From Octopus sinensis (taxonomy: Eukaryota): a stretch of 64,000 nt of DNA. A model generated the notes under the pieces. That model saw only the letters and a list, made by a program, of their open reading frames with translations. It was not told where the DNA came from and made no database searches. The translations under genes and the position numbers were made by a program. Location: the NCBI RefSeq assembly GCF_006345805.1, contig NC_043006.1, positions 21,948,001 to 22,012,000 of the forward strand, read 5' to 3'. Positions 52,514-64,000 of the stretch are shown here, piece by piece (positions within the stretch are counted from its first letter, which is position 1; the number at the start of each line of letters is the position of its first letter).

Positions 52514-52685
52514 CATATATACGACGGGCTTCTTTTCAGTTTCCGTCTACCATATCCGCTCACAAGACTTTGGTCGGCCCGAGGCTATAGTAGAAGACAC
52601 TTTCCCAAGGTGCCACGCAGTGGGACTGAACCCGGAACCATGTGGTTGGTAAACAAGCTACTTACCACACAGTCACTCATGCGCC
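52250..52685 (-). mobile_element. SINE family B
   Basis: Full-length match, inverted relative to 51720-52131. Confidence 0.85.
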
Positions 52686-52904
52686 TATAATTAAAATACA
52701 AATCCTACACAATAGTTATGATTCTTCCATAATTTAAGTTTTTACGAAAGGAAGACAAAGAAAAGAAAACAAAAGCAGGGGGAAAAGACAAAAAGGGAAA
52801 AAGGGGTGAGAAAAAAGAAAAAAGAGAAGAAAGAGAAAAACAACAACAATGCATCACCAAGTGCTTCAATTGGAGTTCTGTCAATGTATATTTTTGTCGG
52901 TGTT

Positions 52905-53043
52905 GCTTTAGCGTCAGCAGAAACGGTCGCTAAAACGCTGATATCACAATGGGTTTCGCGTTTTGGCACACCCGCAACAATTACCACCGACAGAGGACGT
53001 CAGTTCGATTCCCACCTTTTCACCGAGCTGACTCGTCTCCTCT
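52905..53043 (+). mobile_element. Gypsy-type LTR retrotransposon integrase fragment
   Basis: [43 protein letters not shown] (rve core around the second catalytic Asp). Confidence 0.85.
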
Positions 53044-54369
53044 TGCATGACGCTACCACATCGATGACAAGGGTCTGCTTCTTGTGATGTATCCAGAAGA
53101 TTGTTTTCTTGCAAAAATGCATCTGCTGTTTCCTCTGTAAAAATTATACGTCTTTAGAAATCCTTTAACAACATTGTAATGGTTAAAATCAACTCAGGTT
53201 AAAAGAGTAAGAAAAGGTAGTGTGACCTCCTTCGGTCATGAATGACCATGGAATTGTACCTAGAAAGTTACCCTCCGAGGTACAAGTCGGGGTCGATTAA
53301 ATAAGTGTAAGAGTTAGCACTTCCTTCTCTAAGCTTGGATTCGAAATCGAATCCAAGAATCATCGGTCGTCAAATACCAATGCATGCAAAGGCGCGAAAT
53401 TAAGATTCCTTTGTTCTGACAAAAAGTGATTGATCGTCTCCCTTTGACCTCCGACCTGAGCCATGTCTGGCGAAGTTCAACTGGACAACCGATGACCTAC
53501 TTAAACAGTAACTGTGTTGCGATATATCTATTTTTCTGGCTATTTGAGATTGTATAAATAGAACGGAAAAATCGGCTAGAAAGAGAGAATACATACACAC
53601 ATCCACTACATAAGTATCAGTTACGCACTGGGGTCGATATAATCGATTTGATCCATTTGGCTGTCCTTGTTTGTCCCCTCTGTGTTTAGCCCCTTGTGGG
53701 TAGTAAAGAAATAGGTATTTCGTCTGCCGCTACGTTCTGAGTTCAAATTCCGCCGAGGTCGACTTTGCCTTTCATCCTTTTGGGGTCGATTAAATAAGTA
53801 CCATTTACGTACTGGGGTCGATGTAATCGACTTAATCCGTTTGGCTATCCTTGTTTGTCCTCTCTATGTTTAGCCTCTTGTGGGTAGTAAAGAAATAGGT
53901 ATTTGAACTCAGAAATTAAAGTGTCGAACAAATACAGCAATACATGTTTTCCGACTTTCCAATGATTTTACAAGCTCGCTCCTTGCGATAATTGTTTCGG
54001 ATTTAGATATAAGGCAAATAATTTTGATGAGAGGATTCCCCCAGTTCTTCACTGGTACTTTGTTTTATTGAAGCTGGGGTAGTGAAAGACAAAGTTGACC
54101 ACGACTGGATATGAAATCAGAACGTAAAGTGTTGTAAATAGACATTTTAAATAATAAACACCATAAATACCATGAATATAGGACAATAATTTAACATCCA
54201 ATTCAAACACAGAAAATATTGATACAATTCCTCTACACTATGCAATGGGTTACTTCATGTTTTAAAACAAAAAGGTGTTTTGAAATGAATACAAGAAACG
54301 TGTAGACATTAAATCAATAAAACTCTTCAGACATGCAAAACATTTCAATAGAGTAAAAATGAAAACATT

Positions 54370-54461
54370 CGCCCGCAGGGGGACTTGAACCCACGACCCT
54401 CAGATCACTTGCAAACTTAGTGATTAAAAGTCTGATGCTCTACCGACTGAGCTATGCGGGC
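54370..54461 (-). tRNA. tRNA-Lys-TTT: tRNA-Lys(UUU) with unrelated 19-nt intron (ATCACTAAGTTTGCAAGTG)
   Basis: Exons consensus except U50/C64 in place of C50/U64; TATAAAA near -30; T4 downstream. Confidence 0.92.
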
Positions 54462-56109
54462 GAACGAATAAATGCATTCTTAGATTTTATATGAACCAAT
54501 ATTGCCCACTTCACACGATCTTTTCCTCAAGACGTTCTTGAAAATGAATATTTTTCCACGGGTTGATTGGTTGAAAATGCCGAAATGCAAGAAATTAAAG
54601 ACCAAATATCTTACAAACTAAAGAATTTTCTCAATAAAGTCAAGAGAAAAAGATGTTTTATAAACACATTCTACCAGTATACGAAGTTTAAAATTTTTTA
54701 GTTACCTAGAAATAATGTTAAAAACTGCCGTTCAAACGGAAAAGATCCCATCTCTATTTATTGTTATCACCAGAAAAAAGAAAGAAACAGAAATTACATA
54801 ACATTAATTAGACAGGTTCTAATTAATGAGGTGGTGTCAGCTGTAGCAATTTTCCCCGAGTGCGGGGTACGTTGTGACACTTACTTGGGGTGCTTTGTTA
54901 CAACTATCGATAACTCGTAATTATGTTAACAAACAAGTTTAAAATGAATACGTCTCCTGCTTCTTGCATCTAAGAAGTATTATTTTAATTAAACAGCTGC
55001 GCTTTGAACCACCACATACAGGCAACCACATACAGGCTCCGTCGTTAGTCTGGCACAGTGTTAATTTTGTTATCACTTAGCCTCAAATCAACCCAGATAC
55101 AGCAAATCTATCATCAAAGACATCCCAGCCTTCAGCAAACCGTCTTTTTAGGGGTAATCTAGGACATTACGTACAATGGGCGTGTGATTTAGGTAAGGGG
55201 CTGGGGTTAGTTTGTCTAAATATCGGATATAATGAAATCGAAGGAATTTACACAGTACAAGAACTGATTTTGCCTTACCAAATTCTTGTATTTATAACTA
55301 TGCAAAACCAGTCAGAAGGAGAGACATATCGTTGAGAACAATAGATTTCGTTGGGGGGGGGGGCTGTTACCTCTATTCTAGCTTTTGGTGAAATAGAAGA
55401 GGTTAGAAGAGTCAAGTGGCAAAGACATTATTCTGTTTAGCGAAGGCATCTGGTAAATGTAACTGCTGTCACTCACAGAAAGACTATTGTTTTACCGTGA
55501 GAAAAGTGCTGTTGAACTGTTAATTTGGCGATCAAGGATCGAATCCACGCCATACCTGCATAAAGCCACTACATCACTCCCCCTCCACAGAGATTCCAGG
55601 AAAAGGAAACGAACGATCGAAGAAGAGAAAGAAATGCATGACTGACGAAAAATTTTGCATATCAGGAGAGAGTCCGAATAGCGGTGTCATTTTGCGTGCC
55701 AAAATGTGCAGTTAGTGACTGAGCAGTATGGAAAATATATTAGCTCGTGCGTGCGCATGAAGATATATACACGAGTGCAGGTGCACGTATGAAAATTCAC
55801 TGTAAAATAAGCTCAGGTGAGCAAGTGAGCTCATTCTCAATCCATGATATCGTAGATCTTGCAGCAGGATTGTAGCGTGTAAAATGCCGTGAAAGTTTTC
55901 AGAAGTGAAACGTGTCTGGTGTTGTTGTCACGGGTAATTGCTGAGGTTTGCAAGAACGATAGTGTAGCATGCTGGAGTGATGCGCGAGACAGGTAATTTC
56001 CTCCATTCATTATGTGACCAAACGGGGGTCTAACAGAGGGAAATTATGCCTAAACATGAGCGCAGAGCATGCGAACATTCGACGTGCATCGAGTCGGGTA
56101 AAGAGCTGA

Positions 56110-56412
56110 GCTGGCACGCTGAGCATGAAATATATGGGAAACTACCACCTGTGTCATCTCTTGTGAAAGGTAGGAGTGTCCAGTTTGCCGGACATTGTTG
56201 TAGAGCTGAAAACGAGTCAATTTCTACTCTTCTCCTCTGGAAGTCATCTACTCGCAATACCAGAGGGCGCACACTCTCCTACCCTGATGTAATCTCCAGG
56301 GATATAGGCATCCAGCAACAGGACCTCCGTAATGCCATGATGGACCGTGAAGTCTGGCGTAGCATGGTAAATCCCATTGTCTCGACCACGTTCGAACAAT
56401 GTCGATGATGAT
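56110..56412 (+). mobile_element. RTE-like LINE 3' end
   Basis: LPPVSS.VK.R..QFAGHC.R....IS.LLLW...RGR..LRNAM.DR..WR followed by (GAT)n tail. Confidence 0.75.
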
Positions 56413-56901
56413 GGCACGGACGTGTTGAAAAACAAGGCTGTAGAGGCGTAACAGAGTTGCGTGTGCGTATGTGCAAAAGGGCTCATGGCCGAGGTAGTAT
56501 GCCAGTGCAGTGATTACAAATACGAAACAGCGATGCATATGCCAGTGACTGAGGCGATGCTGGATATGTCAGCAGATGCACGAGGTATTAAATGCGTTGA
56601 ACGTGCAGGAGCAAAGTGTGGCATGCGGACGCGTTGTAAGGGACAAACAACTTTTTCTATCTATATGTGACTGACCTAGGGTCTTACAGGGGTGAGTTGT
56701 ATCTACAAGGGTGCGGAGAGCATGAAAAATAAGCGAGAAAGGCATGGTGTGGTACATGAATGTGATAATGTCAGCATGCAGGTACATGTATGAACATTAT
56801 GTGGTGCAGCAAAAGAAATGAACAGAATAAAAACGAGTGAACAAAAGTGATTAAACTTAGCTGAAAATAGTGTCCTTTGTTAAAAGTCTACTGCTGAAAG
56901 T

Positions 56902-57286
56902 GTGGAGGCGCAATGGCCCAGTGGTTAGGGCAGCGGACTCGCGGTCGTAGGATCGCGGTTTCGATTCTCAGACCGGGCGTTGTGAGTGTTTATTGAGCGA
57001 AAACACCTAAAGCTCCACGAGGCTCCGGCAGGGGATGGTGGCGATCCCTGCTGTACTCTTTCACCACAGCTTTCTCTCACTCTTACTTCCTGTTTCTGTT
57101 GTACCTGTATTTGAAAGGGCCGGCCTTGTCACTCTCTGTGTCACGCTGAATATCCCCGAGAACTACGTTAAGGGTACACGTGTCTGTGGAGTGCTCAGCC
57201 ACTTACACGTTAATTTCACGAGCAGGCTGTTCCGTTGATCGGGTCAACCGGAACCCTCATCGTCGTAACCGACGGAGTGCTTCTTC
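56902..57286 (+). mobile_element. tRNA-derived SINE (family A head, long tail)
   Basis: A/B boxes; TSD ACTG(C/T)TGAAAGT. Confidence 0.85.
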
Positions 57287-57914
57287 ACTGTTGAAAGTGA
57301 AAAAAAGATATGCCTGCAGAGAAAAAGAGTTGTTGAGAGCCTATTTGAGAGCCTTATATATGTGCAAAAGTTCGTAGACAATGCAGGGTTCGATGTCAGG
57401 ATGAGACGAAAAGCGTGTGAATGTCGAAGATTATAATACGCATTTTTTCCCCAAAATTTAAAGGTCAAAATCCCTAGCGCGTATCATACACGAGCTTGAA
57501 AATGAAGATTATTTTCTAAGCAATATTCAAGTCTCTATTTGCTGTCCGGAAATGTTTATTCGGACGCATTTTGTGATGTCAGGCGCGAAAATTCCTTAAG
57601 CTAAGCCTGAAAGCAATGAAGTCATAAAAGAATCATCCATAACTTGCAGTAAGCAACATTTATTAAACATTATTACTGTTATCTCTTTATTTTCTGCAAA
57701 CAAAATGCACAAAAAAGCTACACGTTTGCATTATGTTATATATACAATAATAATAAAGGACGTTACTGTATACATTTTTACAAACCATGGACGTTATATA
57801 GACCTCCTTGACTCAAGTTAGAGAAGGGGGTGCGTATTATACAAAAGGTTTAGGTTTTTCAGAAGTACAGCCCTCTAAAAATCCCCTGCGGACTATACTC
57901 GAGGATTTACGGTT

Positions 57915-58910
57915 ATCGTAATGTTCTACACAAAATACTCGGTTTATCTTCTGATAGTACTGACTCGTCAATGAGAAGAGAGCCTATTTTGTCTTTAATA
58001 ACAGTGACGATGAATTGCTTCCTTGTTCGTAGCATAGATAGCATCTGCTCTGTTATATACTTCTTGGCTTCCTTTATTTTATTTCTGATTCGCTTATTTA
58101 CTGTGTGGTGTTGCTGAGTAGCTTCAAGATCTGTTACCTTGATCTATCTTTATGCCCCGTTTTGTAATACGCAAGTCTAAGTGTGTCATCGGTAATCTAT
58201 AATTTGTTGTTTGTGTTTTTACTTCCTTCTGGTCAGAACTTCTAAAGCTGATTCATAAAGTGCTTCCTACAAGTTGTCAGTCACGAAGTTAATATATTCT
58301 TCTTCTTGCAAACTGGAGACCGCAAACCTGCCACCCAAGTTGGACTTAAATATTAAAGCAACGTCTGGATCTTCCGACATTTTCACAACGAATATTATAG
58401 GCAGTATTCTTTTCATACAGATTTTCTTCCATCTTGAATTTGAGTTTTATCAAAACCATGTCGTTATCACTACTGGCATTTGCATAGGGGAAAGACCAGC
58501 ACTTGTCTTTTTTTCTTTCAAATGCTAGACTTGATGTTTTTTAAGTGCGAGTTCGCCATTAGGTTGTTCCCTTGGAGTTTTTGTGTGGAACTGCGTTGAT
58601 TAGGGTAAGCATGGAACTGTGTTGATTAGGGTAAGCATGGAACTGCGTTGATTAGGGTAAGCATGGAACTGCGTTGATTAGGGTAAGCATGGAACTGTGT
58701 TGATTAGGGTAAGCATGGAACTGCGTTGATTAGGGTAAGCATGGAACTGTGTTGATTAGGGTAAGCATGGAGTTGCTGATAAAGTCTAAACGTCGCACTC
58801 CACAATCATATATTCATCTAATCCCCCAAAGCCCAGCTATCTATCTAGTTTGGTATTCCGGCTCCCCAAGATGATGAGAATATCTTTCGAGGTGCCTTGA
58901 CGAACCTCTT
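57915..58910 (-). mobile_element. Highly decayed RTE-like LINE fragment (end of APE domain and linker)
   Basis: P.KDILIILG..N.K, F...LGGRFA, A.EVL..RK, ITDDTL.L, VNKRIR.KIKEAK across broken frames. Confidence 0.55.
58586..58771 (+). repeat. Minisatellite, 26-bp unit x7
   Basis: TGGAACTG(C/T)GTTGATTAGGGTAAGCA head-to-tail, no spacers. Confidence 0.97.
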
Positions 58911-59490
58911 TTTTTGGTGGGGTGGGGGTGTTCATAAAATTCTTCCTCTGCATCATTATCATCGTCATTATCGTTGTCATCGACATCGTTAACGTCGTTT
59001 GCAGTGTTTCTTGTTTGTGATTGAAATCATCAAAGTTCTTGAAATGAAGAATTTTTTAAGCACAAATTCATGCTCGATGTCACCCGAGTAACTCCTTCGA
59101 AACTAGGCTACTGTTGTTGAAGTATTTATTGACTCCGAAAGGATAAAAGGCAAAGTCCATCTCGGCAGCATTCTATGTAAAGACAGACGAAATGTCGCTA
59201 AACATTATGTTTGGCATGCTAACGATTTTGCCAGCTCACCGCGTTAGCAATATGAAATAATATATACATATTTCAAAATGTAGGCAAACATATATCAACG
59301 TAATTATAAAACTGTATCTATACTTAGAAATTCAGGTAACAGGTTTCATATGATACTCGGGCAATCCGTTCCAAAATTTATTTCTAAAATTTTGAATAAA
59401 CAAATATTTTTTAACAGCAGGCACGCACAGTATAAAATTCCAGAGGAAACTCAACACGTACTCCTGCTACTGAAAAGAAAAAAAAAAGTG

Positions 59491-59581
59491 CGCCCGCAGA
59501 GGGACTTGAACCCGCGACCCTCAGATCACCTACAGAATTAGCTTTAAAAGTCTGATGCTCTACCGACTGAGCTATGCGGGT
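59491..59581 (-). tRNA. tRNA-Lys-TTT: tRNA-Lys(UUU) with 18-nt intron (AAGCTAATTCTGTAGGTG), G1A variant
   Basis: Exons consensus except A1-C72 mismatch; long T run downstream. Confidence 0.75.
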
Positions 59582-59631
59582 GGACAGTTTGCAGAGCTTA
59601 TATTGTGTACATAAGCAATATTGATAATCGA

Positions 59632-60285
59632 TTTGGTTGGCAACTAAATTCCCGCCGATTTTTTAAATTTTAAATTCCTTGCGTTTTTAAATTTTGGAAT
59701 CTATTTTTTTTCGAAAATCTATTTTTGAATAATTTTGGAATCTTTTTTTTTTTTCGTTAATTTTAGTTAATTTTTGTTTATTTTCAGATCATTAAAATGG
59801 AATGTCAAGTTAAGAAAAACGAGCTTTTCGACACCTTCATCTTTTTACTTTTAATCAAGGTTCTAAGGCCGCAAAAGCTGCTCGCGACATTTGTGCTGCG
59901 TATGGAGAGAGGTGCCATAGCTGAAAGAACCGCTCGTGATTGGTATGCCAAGTTCAAAAATGGAAATTTTGACCTCAGTGACGCACATTTGAGTTCGATG
60001 AAGAATTGATTAAGCCTACTTTTGCACGAAAATTCTCGTCAAACGACAAGGGAACTGGCAGAGAAAATGGAATATTCCCACACTGCTATAGAGAAGCATC
60101 TTCACTCGATGGGAAAGGTTTAGAAGTATGGAGCATGGGTTCCGCATTTTTTAAGTGACAACAAAATCAACGAGCCACAATCTCCGCTGGTTTGCTTGCT
60201 CGTTACCGCTCAATTCATGGACACAAGCAAATGTGTCCATAAAATATTAAAATGGAAGATTACGAATTACTTTTCCACTCCTAAT
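59632..60285 (+). mobile_element. Mariner transposon remnant (N-terminal transposase)
   Basis: TTGGTTGGCAACTAA TIR-like end; frameshifted ARDIC..YGEGAIAERTARDWYAKFKNGNFDL, RQTTRELAEK, IEKHLHSMG, G.WVPH. Confidence 0.85.
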
Positions 60286-61604
60286 TTTTGAAATAGGAGG
60301 AATGGTTTATTTGTGCTTAGTCATAACTAATGCTAGAGGGTACGCCGATTGACAAGGGTACAAGTAAAACCAGACAGATTTGTTCTCAAGGTAAACGATG
60401 TTCTCAAAAGCTTACACTTGAGTGATGTTTCCGAGAAAGTTGTTTCCAGGAAACTATGCGAAGTCATTGTATAAATATAAGTTAATTGCCTTATAAAAGG
60501 AATTTCTCTCCGAATGACTTATAAAATCTCAGTCCTGCTCTACTGTTGTGTCTTTAGCTTACTCACTATTAATAACAAGCAAAGACAACGTCCTCCGAGT
60601 GGCTTTCTGCAAGTATTTATTGAATCGAAAAATTCTAATGTAGAAAAAAATAGCGCAATATGTATATTGTGTTGTAATAAATATTTTAAGCGAATTAATA
60701 TATTTCCTGACAGTAAACGCAAAGTCGAAGATGTATGAAACAAATATTAACCCAAAGCTTTCATTATTCAAAGGACAATGATTTTTAGATTTGTGTACCA
60801 CCGAACGAAACATGAAATATAAAATTTCTATATAATTTTGATATGATAAATACATAAGGCGTGAAAACTTGAATGTTTTCGGTTTGAACGGCAGTTTTTC
60901 TAGCGTGTCATATGAAATTGTCACCCATAATTATGACCCTAGTATCGATCTATTGCATTTCGATCTGTTTTAGGGTTAGGGTTAGAGTTAGGGTCAGGTA
61001 GGGTATCTTTTTTTCTTCAGAAATGTAAATAAACCCAATCTGTTTCTTAAACGAGGGACATATTCATACGGCACGGAATGTTTTCACCTCAATAGACGCC
61101 ATTGATTGGTTGAAATTGCAGAAATTGAAAAAAAACAACCTATCTCTATTCAATATCCTACAAATTATAGAATTTTCTCTCAATAAAGCCAAAAGAAAAA
61201 ACTACCAGTTTGCCATCATCCCTTCCTTCCTTATTCATCTATCACCCCTTCCTTTCTCATTCATATGTTGTGACAGAGAAAAACACAAGAATATTATTAT
61301 AGCAAAACGATTATCTTTCTCGTATCACCTTCTCCTTCTTGTGTGCATGTGCAGCATCTTTGTTGCTATGGAAACAGAGCTTTTCGCCACGGTGATGTGT
61401 AAAATACTCGCTTCTGATTGGCTGAAACATTCAAATTTTGCAAATCTTAAAGACTAATAACTTTTTAATCATGGAGTAATATGAAAAATGAAATTTATTT
61501 TCATAATTAGTATACAAAACTTAATCCATATAGCAAATATGAAAACAATTGGAAGAAAATTGTAAACAGTGACAAAAACCACAAAGAATAGTTAAAAAAA
61601 TGTA

Positions 61605-61687
61605 CGCCACAGAGGGACTTGAACCCGCGACCCTCAGATCACTTAATGCTTAAAAGTCTGATGCTCTACCGACTGAGCTATGCGGGC
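61605..61687 (-). tRNA. tRNA-Lys-TTT: tRNA-Lys(UUU) with 11-nt intron (AGCATTAAGTG), damaged acceptor stem
   Basis: 5' exon perfect; 3' end TGTGGCG is one base short of TGCGGGCG (pseudogene or assembly error). Confidence 0.65.
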
Positions 61688-61886
61688 GGACACGGTTATC
61701 TATCATCATATAGTTTATAAATCAAGTTTGATAACCTAGTTTTATGTTGCCGTGTGAGAAAAATTGATTAAATTTTCTGTCGTAACTAGTCTTCATTTAT
61801 AAATATACATGTATGCTGGATCGTCGTTAGCCCCTACACGCAATTTTTTTCTCTTCTTGTTTCTCTCCTTGTTTCTTTTCTTTGTA

Positions 61887-61924
61887 TCTTTCTGTCGAAG
61901 AGCGTAGGCTCGAAACATAAAAGA
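61887..61924 (+). ncRNA. Hammerhead-like motif with CUGUNGA core variant
   Basis: TCTTT-CTGTCGA-A-GAGC-GTAG-GCTC-GAAA-CAT-A-AAAGA. Confidence 0.45.
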
Positions 61925-62016
61925 CTTGTTTTATTTCTATTCCTGAGCGCCATACTAATACATTGTTTGTACTCCACCTGCCTTCGTCTTTTGTTTATTT
62001 TCGTAAACCTTCCCGT

Positions 62017-62084
<68 letters not shown>

Positions 62085-62277
62085 TGTCTGTCTGTCTGTC
62101 TGTATCAGTATGTGTGTATCACTAAAACTCGAGAATTACTTAACGGATTTCATTCAAATTTTACACATGCCTTACTTAGAGTCCATGCAAGTGTCATGGT
62201 CAAAAAAGATTATTTATGTATTTATGTATGTATGTATGTAAGTATATATGTATGTATGTATGTGTGTATGTGTGTGT

Positions 62278-62580
62278 GTGGAGATGCAATGGCCCAGTGG
62301 TTAGGGCAGCGGACTCGCGGTTGTAGGATCGTGGTTTCGATTCCCAGACAGGGCGTTGTGAGTGTTTATTGAGCGAAAACACCTAAAGCTCCACACGGCT
62401 CCGGCAGGGGGTGGTGGCGATCTCTACTGTACTCTTTCGCCACAACTTTCTCTCAGTCTTTCTTCTGTTGGCCTGCTCGCTTAGCCAGCAGGGTGGCGTC
62501 ATTTGAAGGCTAAAACAATGCGAAGCGCATTGTGACCAGCGATGTGTAGCAGCATCTGATAGCCTGATCGGTCATGGTGA
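62278..62580 (+). mobile_element. tRNA-derived SINE (family A)
   Basis: Colinear with 4084-4367. Confidence 0.8.
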
Positions 62581-62597
62581 TATATATATATATATAT

Positions 62598-62816
62598 ATT
62601 TTACTCTTTTACTTGTTTCAGTCATTTGACTGCGGTCAAGCTGGAGCACCGCCTTTAGTCGAGCAAATCGACCCCGGGACTTATTCTTTGTAAGCCCAGT
62701 ACTTATTCTATTGGTCTCTTTTGCCGAACCGCTAAGTTACGGGGAAGTAACACACCAGCATCGGTTGTCAAGCAATGCTAGGGGGGGGGCAACACAGACA
62801 CACAACACACACACAC

Positions 62817-62872
<56 letters not shown>

Positions 62873-63028
62873 GACGGGCTTCTTTCAGTTTCCGTCTACC
62901 AAATCCACTCACAAGGCATAGATCGGCCCGGGGCTATAGCAGAAGACACTTGCCCAAGATGCCACGCAGTGGGACTGAACCCGGAACCATGTGGCTGGTT
63001 AACAGCTACTTACCACACAGCCACTCAT
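62598..63028 (-). mobile_element. SINE family B
   Basis: Near full-length match. Confidence 0.8.
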
Positions 63029-63422
63029 TTATATGTGTGATATATACATATAAAAATACAAACTGGGACAAGAAGGCAAAATATTTAGGTGACGATACAA
63101 AAAACACTATATGTATACGGATATGCCTTCCTATATACATGCAAAAACGTGTGCCTACAAGCATATGTTTGCACGCGCTCGTGTTTGTGCGCGCGCACTC
63201 GTATGTGTGTGTGTTCGTATGTTTTTTGAATGAAACGATTTGTTCTACAAAAAAACCCTTCAAGATGGTGCTCCAGCATGTCCGCAGTCAAATGACTGAA
63301 ACAAATAAAACAGTAAATTTATAAAAGATATACAGATTTCTTTTTTTTTTTTTTTAGTATACAAACACAATATAAAACATCTGATGAAACTATTCTTGTA
63401 AATTGTATAAAAGGAGAACCTG

Positions 63423-63515
63423 CGCCCGCACTGCAACTCGAGCCCGCGACCCTCAGATTTCTTACTGAACTGCTTCAAGAAAAGTCTGACGTTCTACTGA
63501 CTGAGTTACGCGGGT
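63423..63515 (-). pseudogene. Degenerate tRNA-Lys(UUU) with 20-nt intron
   Basis: Colinear with consensus but many substitutions in acceptor, D and T arms and A37C. Confidence 0.85.
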
Positions 63516-64000
63516 GGATGAACAAAGCCTTGATTATATTGTATATAAACCAAGATTTCTCATTTATTTCGTGTATAACTACCTAAGAACAATTCACCGA
63601 TTCATCTCATCGGTAAGTAGTGATGTTAACCTGTTGAATTTTTTATATGAGAAAGAAGCATCGTCGGCAATGTTTATCTAAATACTAAATATATTTAATA
63701 TACAGCCTCCGGCTGGGCTACTGGGATCTTTTCGGTTTGAACGGCAGTTTTTCTAGCCGTGTCATATGAAATTGTTACCCATAATTATGACCCTAGTATC
63801 GCTCTATTGCATTTCAATCTGTTTTAGGGCTAGAGTTAGTTAGGGTTAGGGTTAGGGAAGGGTATCTTTTTTTCTTCACAAATGTAAATAAACCCAATCT
63901 GTTTCTTAAACGAGAGAATATTCATACGGCACGGAATGTTTTCACCTCAATAGACGTCATTGATTGGTTGAAATTGGAGAAATTGAAGAAAAAAAACAAC

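Noticed and set aside
58586-58771. CRISPR-like array
   Set aside because: Units are contiguous with no spacers, no cas genes, eukaryotic context.

Overview
AT-rich, microsatellite-dense animal DNA, inferred to be octopus/coleoid cephalopod from the SINE types, (TA)n/(CA)n density and single-exon C2H2 array. It holds one credible protein gene, an 11-finger C2H2 zinc-finger ORF (5502-6560, minus) followed by fossil fingers. The dominant feature is a ~48 kb cluster (15.4-63.5 kb) of 19 full-length and 4 partial tRNA-Lys(UUU) genes. Every full-length copy has an 11-20 nt intron at canonical position 37/38, near-invariant exons, a conserved anticodon-intron C32-G pair and an oligo-T terminator; all but the decayed copy at 63423 keep a pyrimidine-pyrimidine 50:64 T-stem mismatch. 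The rest is transposon debris: RTE and CR1 LINE fragments, Helitrons, a Penelope-like GIY-YIG fragment, mariner, gypsy integrase, SINEs, MITEs and foldbacks. Several (TA)n-embedded repeats carry hammerhead-ribozyme-like motifs, including a CUGUNGA core variant family. Almost all other ORFs in the track are microsatellite or repeat artefacts. Coordinates were counted by hand and repeat boundaries are approximate.
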